64,000 nucleotides of DNA, taken from Clostridia bacterium (GTDB taxonomy: Bacteria; Bacillota; Clostridia; Oscillospirales; CAG-272). The stretch's first letter is position 1. Each line of letters opens with the position of its first letter. The stretch is from contig JAFWBJ010000107.1 of NCBI GenBank assembly GCA_017507145.1, forward strand, positions 3,712-67,711, written 5' to 3'. Positions 1 to 8,750 of the stretch are shown here, piece after piece. The notes under the pieces are model-generated. The model made no database searches and had not been told where the DNA came from. It saw only the letters and a list, made by a program, of their open reading frames with translations. The position numbers and the translations under genes are program-made.

Positions 1-666
1 TTCCGCCCCGGGCCGATCTTTGCCAATGTGATCATTGCCGATGAGCTCAACCGCGCCACGCCCCGCACCCAGTCTGCGCTGCTGGAGTGTATGGGCGAGC
101 GCCAGGTGACGGTCGACGGTGTGACGTATCCGCTTGCCGCCCCATTCTTCGTGGCAGCAACCCAGAATCCGCTTGAATCGCAGGGCACCTTCCCCCTGCC
201 CGAAGCCCAGATCGACCGCTTCCTGATGCGCATCTCGCTTGGCTATCCGGAGCGGGACAGCGAGCGCGCGATGCTGGACAACCACGGCGTCGCCTCCCCC
301 CTCTCCGCCTTGGCACCGGTCTGTACCAGAGAGGAGATCACCGCCGCGGTGGACGCCGTGCGCGGCGTGACGGTCAGCGATAAGGTCAAGGGCTATATTC
401 TTGATCTGGTGGCCGAGAGCCGCACCAGTGCCCGTGTACGGCTGGGCGTCAGCCCGCGCGGCGCGCTGGCACTGATGCATGCCGCTCAGGCCTATGCCGC
501 CATTGAGGGGCGCGATTTCGTACTGCCCGATGACGTGCGGAGTGTTGCCGTGCCGGTCATGGCGCACCGCATCATTTCGCGCTCCCAGAACGCGATCCGG
601 CTCAACGATACGGGCGAGAGCATTGTCGAGCTGATTCTGGACACCGTGCCCGCGCCCATTGACTGA
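1..666 (+). CDS. MoxR-family AAA+ ATPase, C-terminal part (5' end lies outside the window)
   Basis: The frame is open from base 1. FRPGPIFANVIIADELNRA...ATQNPLESQGTFPLPEAQIDRF is the MoxR Walker-B-to-lid region. A DUF58 gene follows 7 nt later, as in MoxR operons. Confidence 0.85.
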   Translation, partial: FRPGPIFANVIIADELNRATPRTQSALLECMGERQVTVDGVTYPLAAPFFVAATQNPLESQGTFPLPEAQIDRFLMRISLGYPERDSERAMLDNHGVASPLSALAPVCTREEITAAVDAVRGVTVSDKVKGYILDLVAESRTSARVRLGVSPRGALALMHAAQAYAAIEGRDFVLPDDVRSVAVPVMAHRIISRSQNAIRLNDTGESIVELILDTVPAPID

Positions 667-672
667 CGGATT

Positions 673-1875
673 ATGTTTTTTATCGCCATTTTCGCCGCGA
701 TCTTCCTTGTGCTGATCTGGCAGATCCGGCTTTACCGCAGGCGCAGCTTCGAGGACTTGACGTGCGAGATCCGGCTCAGCGCCGACGAGGCCTTTGTCGG
801 TGAGGATGTCTACCTCTTCGAGCAGGTGCGCAATGTTAAGCGCCTGCCCATGCCCTACCTCAAGGTGGAGGACGATCTCCCCGACGGGCTCCGCTTCATT
901 CTGTATGATACCGATGCCCAAACCGGCCGCCGCACGCCGAGACAGGTCCAGCACCTGCAGTCCCTCTTCTCCCTCGCCGGCAACAGCGAAATCAGCCGCC
1001 GCTGGCGGGTGCGCTGTCTGACCCGCGGCGTTTACCGTCTGGACAGCCTGCTGCTGGTCTCAACCGATGTGTTGGGGATGGCCACCCATTCCCGCTGCCT
1101 TCCGGCCACCGGTCGGGATGGCGAGACCGCAACTCTGGTTGTTCTGCCCAGCGCGATCGATCTGGAGGGTAATTTCGCGGCATCGCGCTATCTGTCGGGC
1201 GATGTGGTGCAGAACCACTGCCCGGTCTCTGACCCGCTGCGCATCTGCGGCACGCGCGCCTACCAGCCCGATGACCCGATGAACCGCATCAACTGGAAGC
1301 AAACGGCCGCCCACGGCACGCTTCTGGTCAATCAGGAGGAGCGCACGCTGCGCGAACGCTTCAATTTGATCCTCAACATGCAATCGCGCGGTGTTGAGCG
1401 CGATCCCGAAGTTCCCTCCAACCCCGCCGCCATCGAACAGTGCATCACCGTCTGCGCCTCCATCCTTGACCGGGTCGCAGCGGCCAATCTGCCCGTGCGG
1501 CTGATCGCCAACACCAGTCCGGCGCCCTTTCCCGAGGCTGTACCGGTCGATGACAGCGGTGTCGGTGCCGAGGTGCTGATGACTCCGGTCTATGAGGGCA
1601 GACGGGACACCATGACTGCGCTTCGTTTGCTGGCTGCCCTGCCTATGCGCTATTCGGTCTCCATCCAGCAGCTGCTGGCGCACATCGTGGACTATCCCCA
1701 TGCCTACGCAGAGGAGGGCAGCCTGATTCTGGTCACGGCATACATCGATCAGACAATGCTGGAGGTTCACGCTGCTCTGCGCGCCAGAGGCATTGCGCTG
1801 ATTTTCTACGTCACGACCACCCAGCACAATGTCCTGAACATTCCGCCCGAAGTTGAGGTTTACTACAAGATTTAG
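673..1875 (+). CDS. DUF58 domain-containing protein
   Basis: N-terminal TM segment. The TRAYQPDDPMNRINWKQTAAHGTLLVNQEE motif is typical of DUF58. It lies directly downstream of MoxR. Confidence 0.8.
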   Translation: MFFIAIFAAIFLVLIWQIRLYRRRSFEDLTCEIRLSADEAFVGEDVYLFEQVRNVKRLPMPYLKVEDDLPDGLRFILYDTDAQTGRRTPRQVQHLQSLFSLAGNSEISRRWRVRCLTRGVYRLDSLLLVSTDVLGMATHSRCLPATGRDGETATLVVLPSAIDLEGNFAASRYLSGDVVQNHCPVSDPLRICGTRAYQPDDPMNRINWKQTAAHGTLLVNQEERTLRERFNLILNMQSRGVERDPEVPSNPAAIEQCITVCASILDRVAAANLPVRLIANTSPAPFPEAVPVDDSGVGAEVLMTPVYEGRRDTMTALRLLAALPMRYSVSIQQLLAHIVDYPHAYAEEGSLILVTAYIDQTMLEVHAALRARGIALIFYVTTTQHNVLNIPPEVEVYYKI

Positions 1876-1885
1876 GAGGCAGCCT

Positions 1886-3337
1886 ATGGGAAAGCGAAAT
1901 GACCTGCATCCAACCGGCGCCAGCTGGATGGATCTTGCCGCCATGACAGCCGTATGCATGGTGGTGCTCCCCTTCTTTGCCTTGCTGTTTGCTACCTTCC
2001 CGTACGCATATGCCTGGCTGCGAATCCTGGTGATTCTCCTGTTTTTTGCCGCCGGCTGGGGCGTGCAGGGGCTGATCTGCCGCCTGCTGCGCTACACTCG
2101 GCCGAAGGAGGGCGGCGGATACGAGGTTAAGCGCAAATATTACCGCATCGGCCTGGCCCTGCCGGTCTGGGGGCTGGCTGCACTGGCGCTTTTCTTCCTC
2201 CCCAGGGTGGTTGATCGGTTGCTTTACGACATATCTTCACATAGTCTGGCATTTCGCTATGATGCCGATTCGGTTTTCCCGCTGATGGCCGGTGCGGTGG
2301 CTGCCGTCCTTCTTCTGCTTGGCAGTGCGGTGCGGCTCTATCCGTACACCCGTGTGCTTTCCATGCGCTCCTGTATGTCGTACATCGCCCTTTTCCTTGT
2401 GGGCTTCATGTTGGGCGGGGGCGGGATTTCTGCCTTCTGCCTGTTTGTCTTCGCTTTCTGCGCGGCTCTGCTTTTCAATCAGATCACCCTTGAGCGCGAA
2501 CTGCATACTCTCTCGCTTTCTGATATTCCCCGCGAGACCCGCATGGGCAGCATGCATGCCGTGCTGTGGCTGGGGGGGATTTTCCTCGGCGTCTGCGCGG
2601 TGCTGACGATAATTGTGGGCGGCGGGATGATGGTAGGAAGAATGTTCTTCTTTATGCTTTTGCGCGGCATGTTCGCCGGGGACGGCGCTGCGTCAGGGCA
2701 GTATCACTACGAAACCTCGGAGGAAATCATGGGCATGCTGCGCCGCTATATGGTGCGGGGCGGCGAGAGCCCGTGGCTCAATTATCTGCTGATGGTGCTC
2801 TTTGTGCTCGGTGTGGTGGCGGCGGTGCTGTGGCTGCTCCTGCGTCATAACGATGCGATCCGCCGTGCGCTGCACGCGCTTTGGTTGCGCATCGCCGAGC
2901 TGATCGAGTTCCTCTTCGGCGCCTCCACCCGCATCTATTACCGCGCGCAGGATGACGGCAAAGAGGTCAGCTACCGCGACGTCCGGCGCAAGCTGGACCT
3001 GCAGCATACGGCGCACATCGGCGCAGAGGCGGCCCGCATGAGCTGGCGGGAATTCCGCGGCCATCTGTCCGGCTATTCGGGCGACGGAGAGAAGCTCTGT
3101 TATGCGTATGCCGTGCTGGCCGCCGTTCTGCGGGAGCAGCCGGCTTTCCCGCTCCTCCGCTCGGATACCCCCCGCCGTATTGCGCAGAAGGTGCGCGCGA
3201 GAGGGCGGCACGAGGAACTGCGTGAGATTACCGCAGTGTATGAAATCATCCGCTATGCCGAGCGTATGCCGTCCGCTGAGACGGTCAGCCGTGCGCTCGC
3301 TCAGACCTGTACCATTCTGCAGGAATATTTATCCTGA
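1886..3337 (+). CDS. polytopic membrane protein with a soluble C-terminal domain (DUF4129-like), third gene of the MoxR cassette
   Basis: ATG at 1886 lies 6 nt after AGGAGG. There are many hydrophobic segments and a C-terminal helical region (SDTPRRIAQKV...AVYEIIRYAE). The family assignment is tentative. Confidence 0.6.
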   Translation: MGKRNDLHPTGASWMDLAAMTAVCMVVLPFFALLFATFPYAYAWLRILVILLFFAAGWGVQGLICRLLRYTRPKEGGGYEVKRKYYRIGLALPVWGLAALALFFLPRVVDRLLYDISSHSLAFRYDADSVFPLMAGAVAAVLLLLGSAVRLYPYTRVLSMRSCMSYIALFLVGFMLGGGGISAFCLFVFAFCAALLFNQITLERELHTLSLSDIPRETRMGSMHAVLWLGGIFLGVCAVLTIIVGGGMMVGRMFFFMLLRGMFAGDGAASGQYHYETSEEIMGMLRRYMVRGGESPWLNYLLMVLFVLGVVAAVLWLLLRHNDAIRRALHALWLRIAELIEFLFGASTRIYYRAQDDGKEVSYRDVRRKLDLQHTAHIGAEAARMSWREFRGHLSGYSGDGEKLCYAYAVLAAVLREQPAFPLLRSDTPRRIAQKVRARGRHEELREITAVYEIIRYAERMPSAETVSRALAQTCTILQEYLS

Positions 3338-3355
3338 TTGAAGGAGAGGAGAATC

Positions 3356-4090
3356 ATGATGCAATACGGACTCCAACTCTACAGCCTCCGCGACATGACG
3401 GGGGAGGACTTTGAAGGTGCACTGCGCACGGTCGCCGAGCTGGGCTACAGCTCGGTGGAAACGGCCGGCTTTTTCGGCCATAGCGCGGAGGAGGTCGCGG
3501 CGATGCTTGACCGCTATCACCTGACCATCAGTTCCTCGCACACCGGCTGGCGCGAGCTGACCCCCGACAAGCTGCCCGAGACCATTCGCTATCATAAAAC
3601 GCTCGGCAACCCCAGCATCATCGTCCCCGGTGCCGACCTCAGCACCCCTGCGAAGCTGGATGCATTCATCGATTTGCTCAATGATGCCGAGCCGAAGCTG
3701 GCCGCCGAGGGCATCGCGCTAGGCTACCACAACCACGATCACGAGTTTATGCCCAACAGCTGGGGCATCCTGCCCCACAGCGAGATTGAGCGGCGTACCC
3801 GCGTTGAACTGCAGATCGATACCTATTGGGCCTATGTGGCCGGGCTTGATCCGGTTGAGACCATCACCCGCCTGCGTGACCGCATCCGTAGCATCCACCT
3901 CAAGGACGGAGATCTGCAAAAGAAAGGCTTTGCGCTTAGCGAGGGTGCTGCTCCGGTGGCGGCCGTGCGCAAGAAGGCCATTGCGCTTGGCTTTGGCATG
4001 ATCGTCGAGAGTGAGGGCTGTGATCCCACCGGCGCAGAGGAGATCGGCCGCTGCATCCGCTACCTGCGCAAGCTGGATGCGGAAGATTAA
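3356..4090 (+). CDS. sugar phosphate isomerase/epimerase (xylose-isomerase-like TIM barrel)
   Basis: ATG at 3356 follows GAAGGAGAGGAG. YGLQLYSLRD...GYSSVETAGF...YHNHDHEF...IHLKD motifs are present. Confidence 0.75.
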   Translation: MMQYGLQLYSLRDMTGEDFEGALRTVAELGYSSVETAGFFGHSAEEVAAMLDRYHLTISSSHTGWRELTPDKLPETIRYHKTLGNPSIIVPGADLSTPAKLDAFIDLLNDAEPKLAAEGIALGYHNHDHEFMPNSWGILPHSEIERRTRVELQIDTYWAYVAGLDPVETITRLRDRIRSIHLKDGDLQKKGFALSEGAAPVAAVRKKAIALGFGMIVESEGCDPTGAEEIGRCIRYLRKLDAED

Positions 4091-4091
4091 G

Positions 4092-4129
4092 AAAAATCCG
4101 ACAGGACAAATGGTCCTGTCGGATTTTTT
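4092..4129. terminator. bidirectional intrinsic terminator between convergent genes
   Basis: AAAAATCCGACAGGAC-aaatg-GTCCTGTCGGATTTTTT. Confidence 0.8.
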
Positions 4130-5063
4130 ATGTACGCTTGACCGGCACACCGCAGTCATCAAGAAAAGCTGCGACCACCGCGCGGTAGCGCCGCGGATCG
4201 CGCATGAAGGACATGCCGTGCGCGGCATCGGGGAAGGTTTCCAGACGGCAGTGGCTGCCCGCGCATCGCGCAATTTCGCGGCTCATTTCACAGGGAACGA
4301 ACCTGTCATCCTCGCCGTGCAGAAGCAGGATCGGAACCTTTTCGGCCATCACCGATGCCAGCGGAGAAGCAGCGCGCAGGCTGAATCCTCCCCAGAGCCG
4401 GGCGCCCAGGCGGAGAAAGGGCATCGCAAGCCGCGGCGGAATCCCGCGCGCCCGGCAAACCCGGGCAATGATGGCCTCGGGAGCGCTGTACGGGCAGTCG
4501 GCGATGATGGCGCGCACATTGGGCGGCAGGTCAAGGTCGGCGGCCATGAGCACGGTGGCGGCCCCCATCGAAACGCCGGTGAGTACAATGGCAGAGGGGG
4601 CGTAGTGCGCGTTGGCGAAAGCGATCCAGGCCAGGCAATCCTCACGCTCGAGAATGCCAAAGGTGATTGCCCGGCCGCCGCTTTGTCCGTGGGCGCGCTG
4701 ATCGATGACCAGCGTGTTGTGTCCGGACTCGCGCGCCAGCTTATGCCCGCCGCAGAAGTCGCGGATGGCACTGCCGTGATAGCCGTGCATTTGGATCTGG
4801 AGCGGTGCACCGTCGGCTGTGTGATAATATCGACCGCAGAGGGTCACGCCGTCCTTTGCCTCTGTGTGCACCTCGGTGTAGGGCAGTGCTGCCATTTCGG
4901 TCATCAATTCCTGCATGCGCGGCCGATCGTGCTCATATTGCTCCCCCTCGGGCAGGGCGAGCGGATCGATATTCCGCGCCGGGGCGAAGGCCTCGCCGAA
5001 CGCCCACCGCGCGGCAACCAGGCTGGCGCCAACCGCCAGTAAAATTAGGATAAGTATCAGCAT
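4128..5063 (-). CDS. alpha/beta hydrolase with N-terminal membrane anchor
   Basis: Start at MLILILILLAVG (ATG 5063, AGGAGG 8 nt upstream). It has the GVSMGA nucleophile elbow and a C-terminal D...H. The longer 435-aa ORF has no RBS. Confidence 0.8.
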   Translation of the reverse strand: MLILILILLAVGASLVAARWAFGEAFAPARNIDPLALPEGEQYEHDRPRMQELMTEMAALPYTEVHTEAKDGVTLCGRYYHTADGAPLQIQMHGYHGSAIRDFCGGHKLARESGHNTLVIDQRAHGQSGGRAITFGILEREDCLAWIAFANAHYAPSAIVLTGVSMGAATVLMAADLDLPPNVRAIIADCPYSAPEAIIARVCRARGIPPRLAMPFLRLGARLWGGFSLRAASPLASVMAEKVPILLLHGEDDRFVPCEMSREIARCAGSHCRLETFPDAAHGMSFMRDPRRYRAVVAAFLDDCGVPVKRT

Positions 5064-5103
5064 TATTTGCCCTCCTATGGCTCTCGGATCCGATAATACT
5101 TTG

Positions 5104-5132
5104 ATTATACGCGCAAAGCCGAAGCTTGTCAA
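5104..5132 (-). promoter_or_regulatory. sigma-A-type promoter for the alpha/beta hydrolase gene
   Basis: On the minus strand: TTGACA (5132-5127), 17 nt, TATAAT (5109-5104). Confidence 0.6.
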
Positions 5133-5211
5133 GACCCGGCGAAAATTTGGTGCATGATGAACAAAAAAGACGGCGCACGATGGAAAACTTGCAAAAATAT
5201 CGCCGTCTCGC

Positions 5212-5240
5212 TTGACTTTTGGGGCAAATTGCCGTATAAT
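5212..5240 (+). promoter_or_regulatory. sigma-A-type promoter for the rpiR-like gene
   Basis: TTGACT, 17 nt, TATAAT. A GACGGCG...CGCCGTC inverted repeat (5169-5207) lies just upstream. Confidence 0.6.
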
Positions 5241-5299
5241 AATAAAAGATTTGTCTTCGAAAATCGCAATAGACGAAAAAGGAAAAAGAGGGGTGCAAT

Positions 5300-6166
5300 A
5301 TGGTAAAACAAGACCTGCTGACCACCATCGATGAACGGATGCCCGAGCTTTCCAAGGGGCAGAAGCAAATCGCCAACTATATTCTCGCACATTATGAAAA
5401 AGCCGCATATATGACGGCGTCGAAGCTCGGCGCATTGGTTGGTGTCTCCGAGTCTACCGTTGTCCGTTTCGCCATCGAGCTGGGCTTTGAGGGGTATCCT
5501 GAGCTGCAGCGTTCTCTGCAGGAGCTGATCCGTACCAAGCTCACCTCCTTCCAGCGCATTGAGGTGGCCAATAACCTGATCGGCGACGGCGATATGCTTG
5601 AGAAGGTGCTCAACTCGGATGCCGATCGTATCCGCCACACCCTGGAGTCTGTCGACCGCGAGGCCTTCCGCATCGCCGTGGACAAGATCATCGAGGCCCG
5701 CCGCATCTATATCATCGGCGTGCGCTCGTCCGCCGCGCTGGCCTCTTTTTTGAGCCAGAACTTCCAGCTGATCTTCGACAATGTACATTTTGTCCAGACC
5801 ACCTCGGGCAGTGAGATGTTTGAGCGCATCATGCGCATCGGCCCGGGCGACGTGATGATCGCCATCAGCTTCCCGCGCTATTCCAAGCGTACCATCAATG
5901 CGGTCGAATATGCCCGCGAGGCCGGGGCAAACGTCATTGCCATCACCGACAGCGTGCTCTCTCCCATCGCACAGTACGCCAACGAGCTGCTGACCGCACA
6001 GAGTGATATGGTCTCCTTCGTCGACTCGCTGGCCGCTCCCCTTAGCCTGATCAACGCTATGCTGGCCGCTGTATCGATGAAAAAACAGGATGAACTGAAC
6101 GTCCTCTTCCGCCGTCTTGAACGGATCTGGGACGAATACGACGTTTACGAAAAGAACCATGGCTGA
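5300..6166 (+). CDS. MurR/RpiR-family transcriptional regulator (HTH + SIS domain)
   Basis: N-terminal HTH_6-like segment (LSKGQKQIANYILAHYEKAAYMTASKLGALVGVSESTVVRF) and a C-terminal SIS domain (RIYIIGVRSSAALASF). Confidence 0.85.
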   Translation: MVKQDLLTTIDERMPELSKGQKQIANYILAHYEKAAYMTASKLGALVGVSESTVVRFAIELGFEGYPELQRSLQELIRTKLTSFQRIEVANNLIGDGDMLEKVLNSDADRIRHTLESVDREAFRIAVDKIIEARRIYIIGVRSSAALASFLSQNFQLIFDNVHFVQTTSGSEMFERIMRIGPGDVMIAISFPRYSKRTINAVEYAREAGANVIAITDSVLSPIAQYANELLTAQSDMVSFVDSLAAPLSLINAMLAAVSMKKQDELNVLFRRLERIWDEYDVYEKNHG

Positions 6167-7406
6167 GTCGGTTCGCCGTGTGGCCGTCGTGGGTGCCGGC
6201 GCGGCCGGGTTGATGGCTGCCGCGCATGCCGCACGGAATGGCGCGGAGGTCACCCTGTACGAGCGCAACGATCGCCCCGGGCGCAAGCTACGCATCACGG
6301 GCAAAGGGCGCTGCAACCTCACCAATGCCTGCACGACGGCTGAGTTCATGGAGGCTGTCCCCCGCAATGCGCGCTTCCTTTATGCCGCGCTTGCCCGCTT
6401 TGCGCCCGAGGACACGATGGCGCATTTTGAGGCGCTTGGCGTGCCGCTGAAGGTTGAGCGCGGCCGTCGGGTCTTTCCGGTTTCTGATCGCGCGGCGGAC
6501 ATCGTCGATGCGTTGGTCACCGATGTGCGCCGGGCAGGTGTGAAGACCGTTCATGCACGCGTGACCGGTCTGACGGTGGCCGACGGGGCAGTGACCGGCG
6601 TGCGCACCGCCGCGGGCGAATTTGCGCATGATGCCGTGATCCTGTGCACCGGCGGGATGTCCTATCCCGGCACCGGCTCGGACGGAGACGGCTATCGCCT
6701 GGCGCGCGAGGCCGGGCACACCATTACCCCGCTGACGCCTTCGCTTGTTCCCATCACCTCGGATGATCCCACCTGCCGCCGCCTCCAGGGCCTGTCGCTG
6801 AAAAATGTTGCCCTGCGCATCGTTTCGGTGCAGAGCGGGAAAACTGTCTACGACGATTTCGGCGAGATGATGTTCACGCATTTCGGCCTGACCGGACCGA
6901 TGATTCTGTCGGCTTCGGCCCATATCCAGGATATTGCGCCCGGGAAATATACCGCGGTCATCGACCTCAAGCCTGCGCTGGGGGATAAGCAGCTCGATAC
7001 GCGTCTCCTTGCCGATTTTACCAAATATGCCAACCGCGATTTCCTCAATGCCGTCGGCGATCTGCTCCCGCAGAAGCTGATCCCGATCGTGGTCGAGCGC
7101 TCGGGCATCGATCCGCGCAAGAAAGTTAATCTGATCACGCGCGAAGAGCGCCTTGCGCTCGGTGCCCTGCTCAAGGGGCTGACCATCCCTCTGCGCGGCT
7201 TCCGCCCCATTGACGAAGCCATCGTGACGGCGGGCGGCGTGCAGTTGAAGGAGATCGATCCCGGCAGCATGGCTTCCAAACTCGTCTCCGGCCTGTATTT
7301 CGCCGGCGAGCTGCTTGACCTTGATGCCTACACCGGCGGTTATAATCTGCAAATTGCCTTCTCCACCGCGGTGCTCGCCGGCGAGCACGCCGCCTGGGGA
7401 TGTTGA
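6159..7406 (+). CDS. HI0933/BaiN-like NAD(P)/FAD-dependent oxidoreductase
   Basis: VAVVGAGAAGLMAA dinucleotide fold, GRKLRITGKGRCNLTN, and C-terminal GLYFAGELLDLDAYTGGYNLQ. ATG 6159 overlaps the rpiR-like stop. Confidence 0.85.
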   Translation: MAESVRRVAVVGAGAAGLMAAAHAARNGAEVTLYERNDRPGRKLRITGKGRCNLTNACTTAEFMEAVPRNARFLYAALARFAPEDTMAHFEALGVPLKVERGRRVFPVSDRAADIVDALVTDVRRAGVKTVHARVTGLTVADGAVTGVRTAAGEFAHDAVILCTGGMSYPGTGSDGDGYRLAREAGHTITPLTPSLVPITSDDPTCRRLQGLSLKNVALRIVSVQSGKTVYDDFGEMMFTHFGLTGPMILSASAHIQDIAPGKYTAVIDLKPALGDKQLDTRLLADFTKYANRDFLNAVGDLLPQKLIPIVVERSGIDPRKKVNLITREERLALGALLKGLTIPLRGFRPIDEAIVTAGGVQLKEIDPGSMASKLVSGLYFAGELLDLDAYTGGYNLQIAFSTAVLAGEHAAWGC

Positions 7407-7423
7407 ACGAAAGGAAAAACACT

Positions 7424-8107
7424 ATGCTGAATATCGCACTTGACGGCCCCGGCGGGGCAGGGAAAAGTACCATTGCCAAGGCGGTTGCCGCCAGACTCGG
7501 CATCGTCTATGTGGACACCGGCGCACTCTACCGCACCATCGGGCTGCATGTCCGCCGCCGGAATGCCGACCCGTCCGACTGTGCCGCGGTTGAGGCACTG
7601 CTGCCTGAAATCAGCCTGGAGATCCGCTACGAGGATGGCGGCCAGCAGGTCTACCTGAACGGTACCTGCGTCGGCGATGCCATCCGCACACCCGAGATGT
7701 CGCATTATGCCTCGGCCGTGTCGGTGCATCCGCCGGTCCGCGCTTTCCTGCTGGAAACCCAGCGCAAGATCGCGCGCGAGAATAGCGTCATCATGGACGG
7801 CCGTGATATCGGCACCGTGATTCTGCCCGATGCGCAGGTGAAGATCTTTGTCACCGCATCGCCCGAATGCCGCGCGGAGCGCCGCTGGCGTGAGCTGGTT
7901 GCCAAGGGCATCGATACGACGCTTGAAGCTGTGCTGACCGAGATGAACGAACGCGACGCACGCGATGCGGGCCGCGAGCTTGCCCCCACCGCCGCCGCTG
8001 AGGACGCACTTCTCTTTGACAATACCGGTTTTGATCTTGCTCAGAGTGTGGCTTTTGTGCTGGGCGTGGTCGCCGGCAAGACCGGCATCCTGCCGCCGCG
8101 AGGTTGA
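7424..8107 (+). CDS. cmk: cytidylate kinase
   Basis: IALDGPGGAGKSTIAK P-loop, YVDTGALYR, and DGRDIGTVILPDA. Confidence 0.9.
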   Translation: MLNIALDGPGGAGKSTIAKAVAARLGIVYVDTGALYRTIGLHVRRRNADPSDCAAVEALLPEISLEIRYEDGGQQVYLNGTCVGDAIRTPEMSHYASAVSVHPPVRAFLLETQRKIARENSVIMDGRDIGTVILPDAQVKIFVTASPECRAERRWRELVAKGIDTTLEAVLTEMNERDARDAGRELAPTAAAEDALLFDNTGFDLAQSVAFVLGVVAGKTGILPPRG

Positions 8108-8111
8108 ACCG

Positions 8112-8750
8112 ATGGCAAAAAGCAAACAGAAAAACTCCAACAAATTCTATATTGTCGCGCATAAGCTGGTTGCGCGTACACTGCTCTGGTTCTTCCGCGT
8201 GAAGCTGATCGGCGCCGAAAACCTCCCGGCTGAGGGGGGATACATTTATTGCTCGAACCATATCTGTGCACTTGATCCGATCTTTGTCTGCGGCATTGGC
8301 CGCACGCAAGTGCATTACATGGCGAAGAAGGAGCTCTTCAAGATCCCCGTACTGTCGGCATTGATCCGAGCGCTGGGGGCATTCCCCGTCAATCGCGGGG
8401 GAGCCGACGTCGGCGCGATCCGCCGCGCCATCGAGCTGCTCCAGGCGGGGGAGAGCGTGGGCATTTTCATCCAGGGGCACCGTTACCGCGGTGTTCCGCT
8501 GCGCGAGACCAAGCCCAAGAACGGTGCGATTATGATTGCCGCCCGCGCGGGTGCGCCCATTATCCCGATCTGCGTGAAGATGAAGAACAACACCTTTTCG
8601 CTTTTCCGTCGGGTTGAAATGATCGTCGGCAAGCCCATTATGCCGGAGGCGCTTGGGCTGGAGGATCACGCCGGCGGCGAATTCTCCCGCGCGGCGCAGA
8701 TGGTGTTTGATCAGATTTGCCAGCTGGAGGAGCGTGCCGACCATGCCTGA
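8112..8750 (+). CDS. plsC: 1-acyl-sn-glycerol-3-phosphate acyltransferase
   Basis: NHICALDP (HX4D) motif, FPVNRG, and PIIPI. It lies in the conserved cmk-plsC-ispH order. Confidence 0.8.
   Translation: MAKSKQKNSNKFYIVAHKLVARTLLWFFRVKLIGAENLPAEGGYIYCSNHICALDPIFVCGIGRTQVHYMAKKELFKIPVLSALIRALGAFPVNRGGADVGAIRRAIELLQAGESVGIFIQGHRYRGVPLRETKPKNGAIMIAARAGAPIIPICVKMKNNTFSLFRRVEMIVGKPIMPEALGLEDHAGGEFSRAAQMVFDQICQLEERADHA

Noticed and set aside
4011-5042. 343-aa plus-strand ORF.
   Set aside because: It is antisense to the alpha/beta hydrolase gene and overlaps the end of the isomerase gene. The product is Arg/Gly/Ala-rich low complexity.
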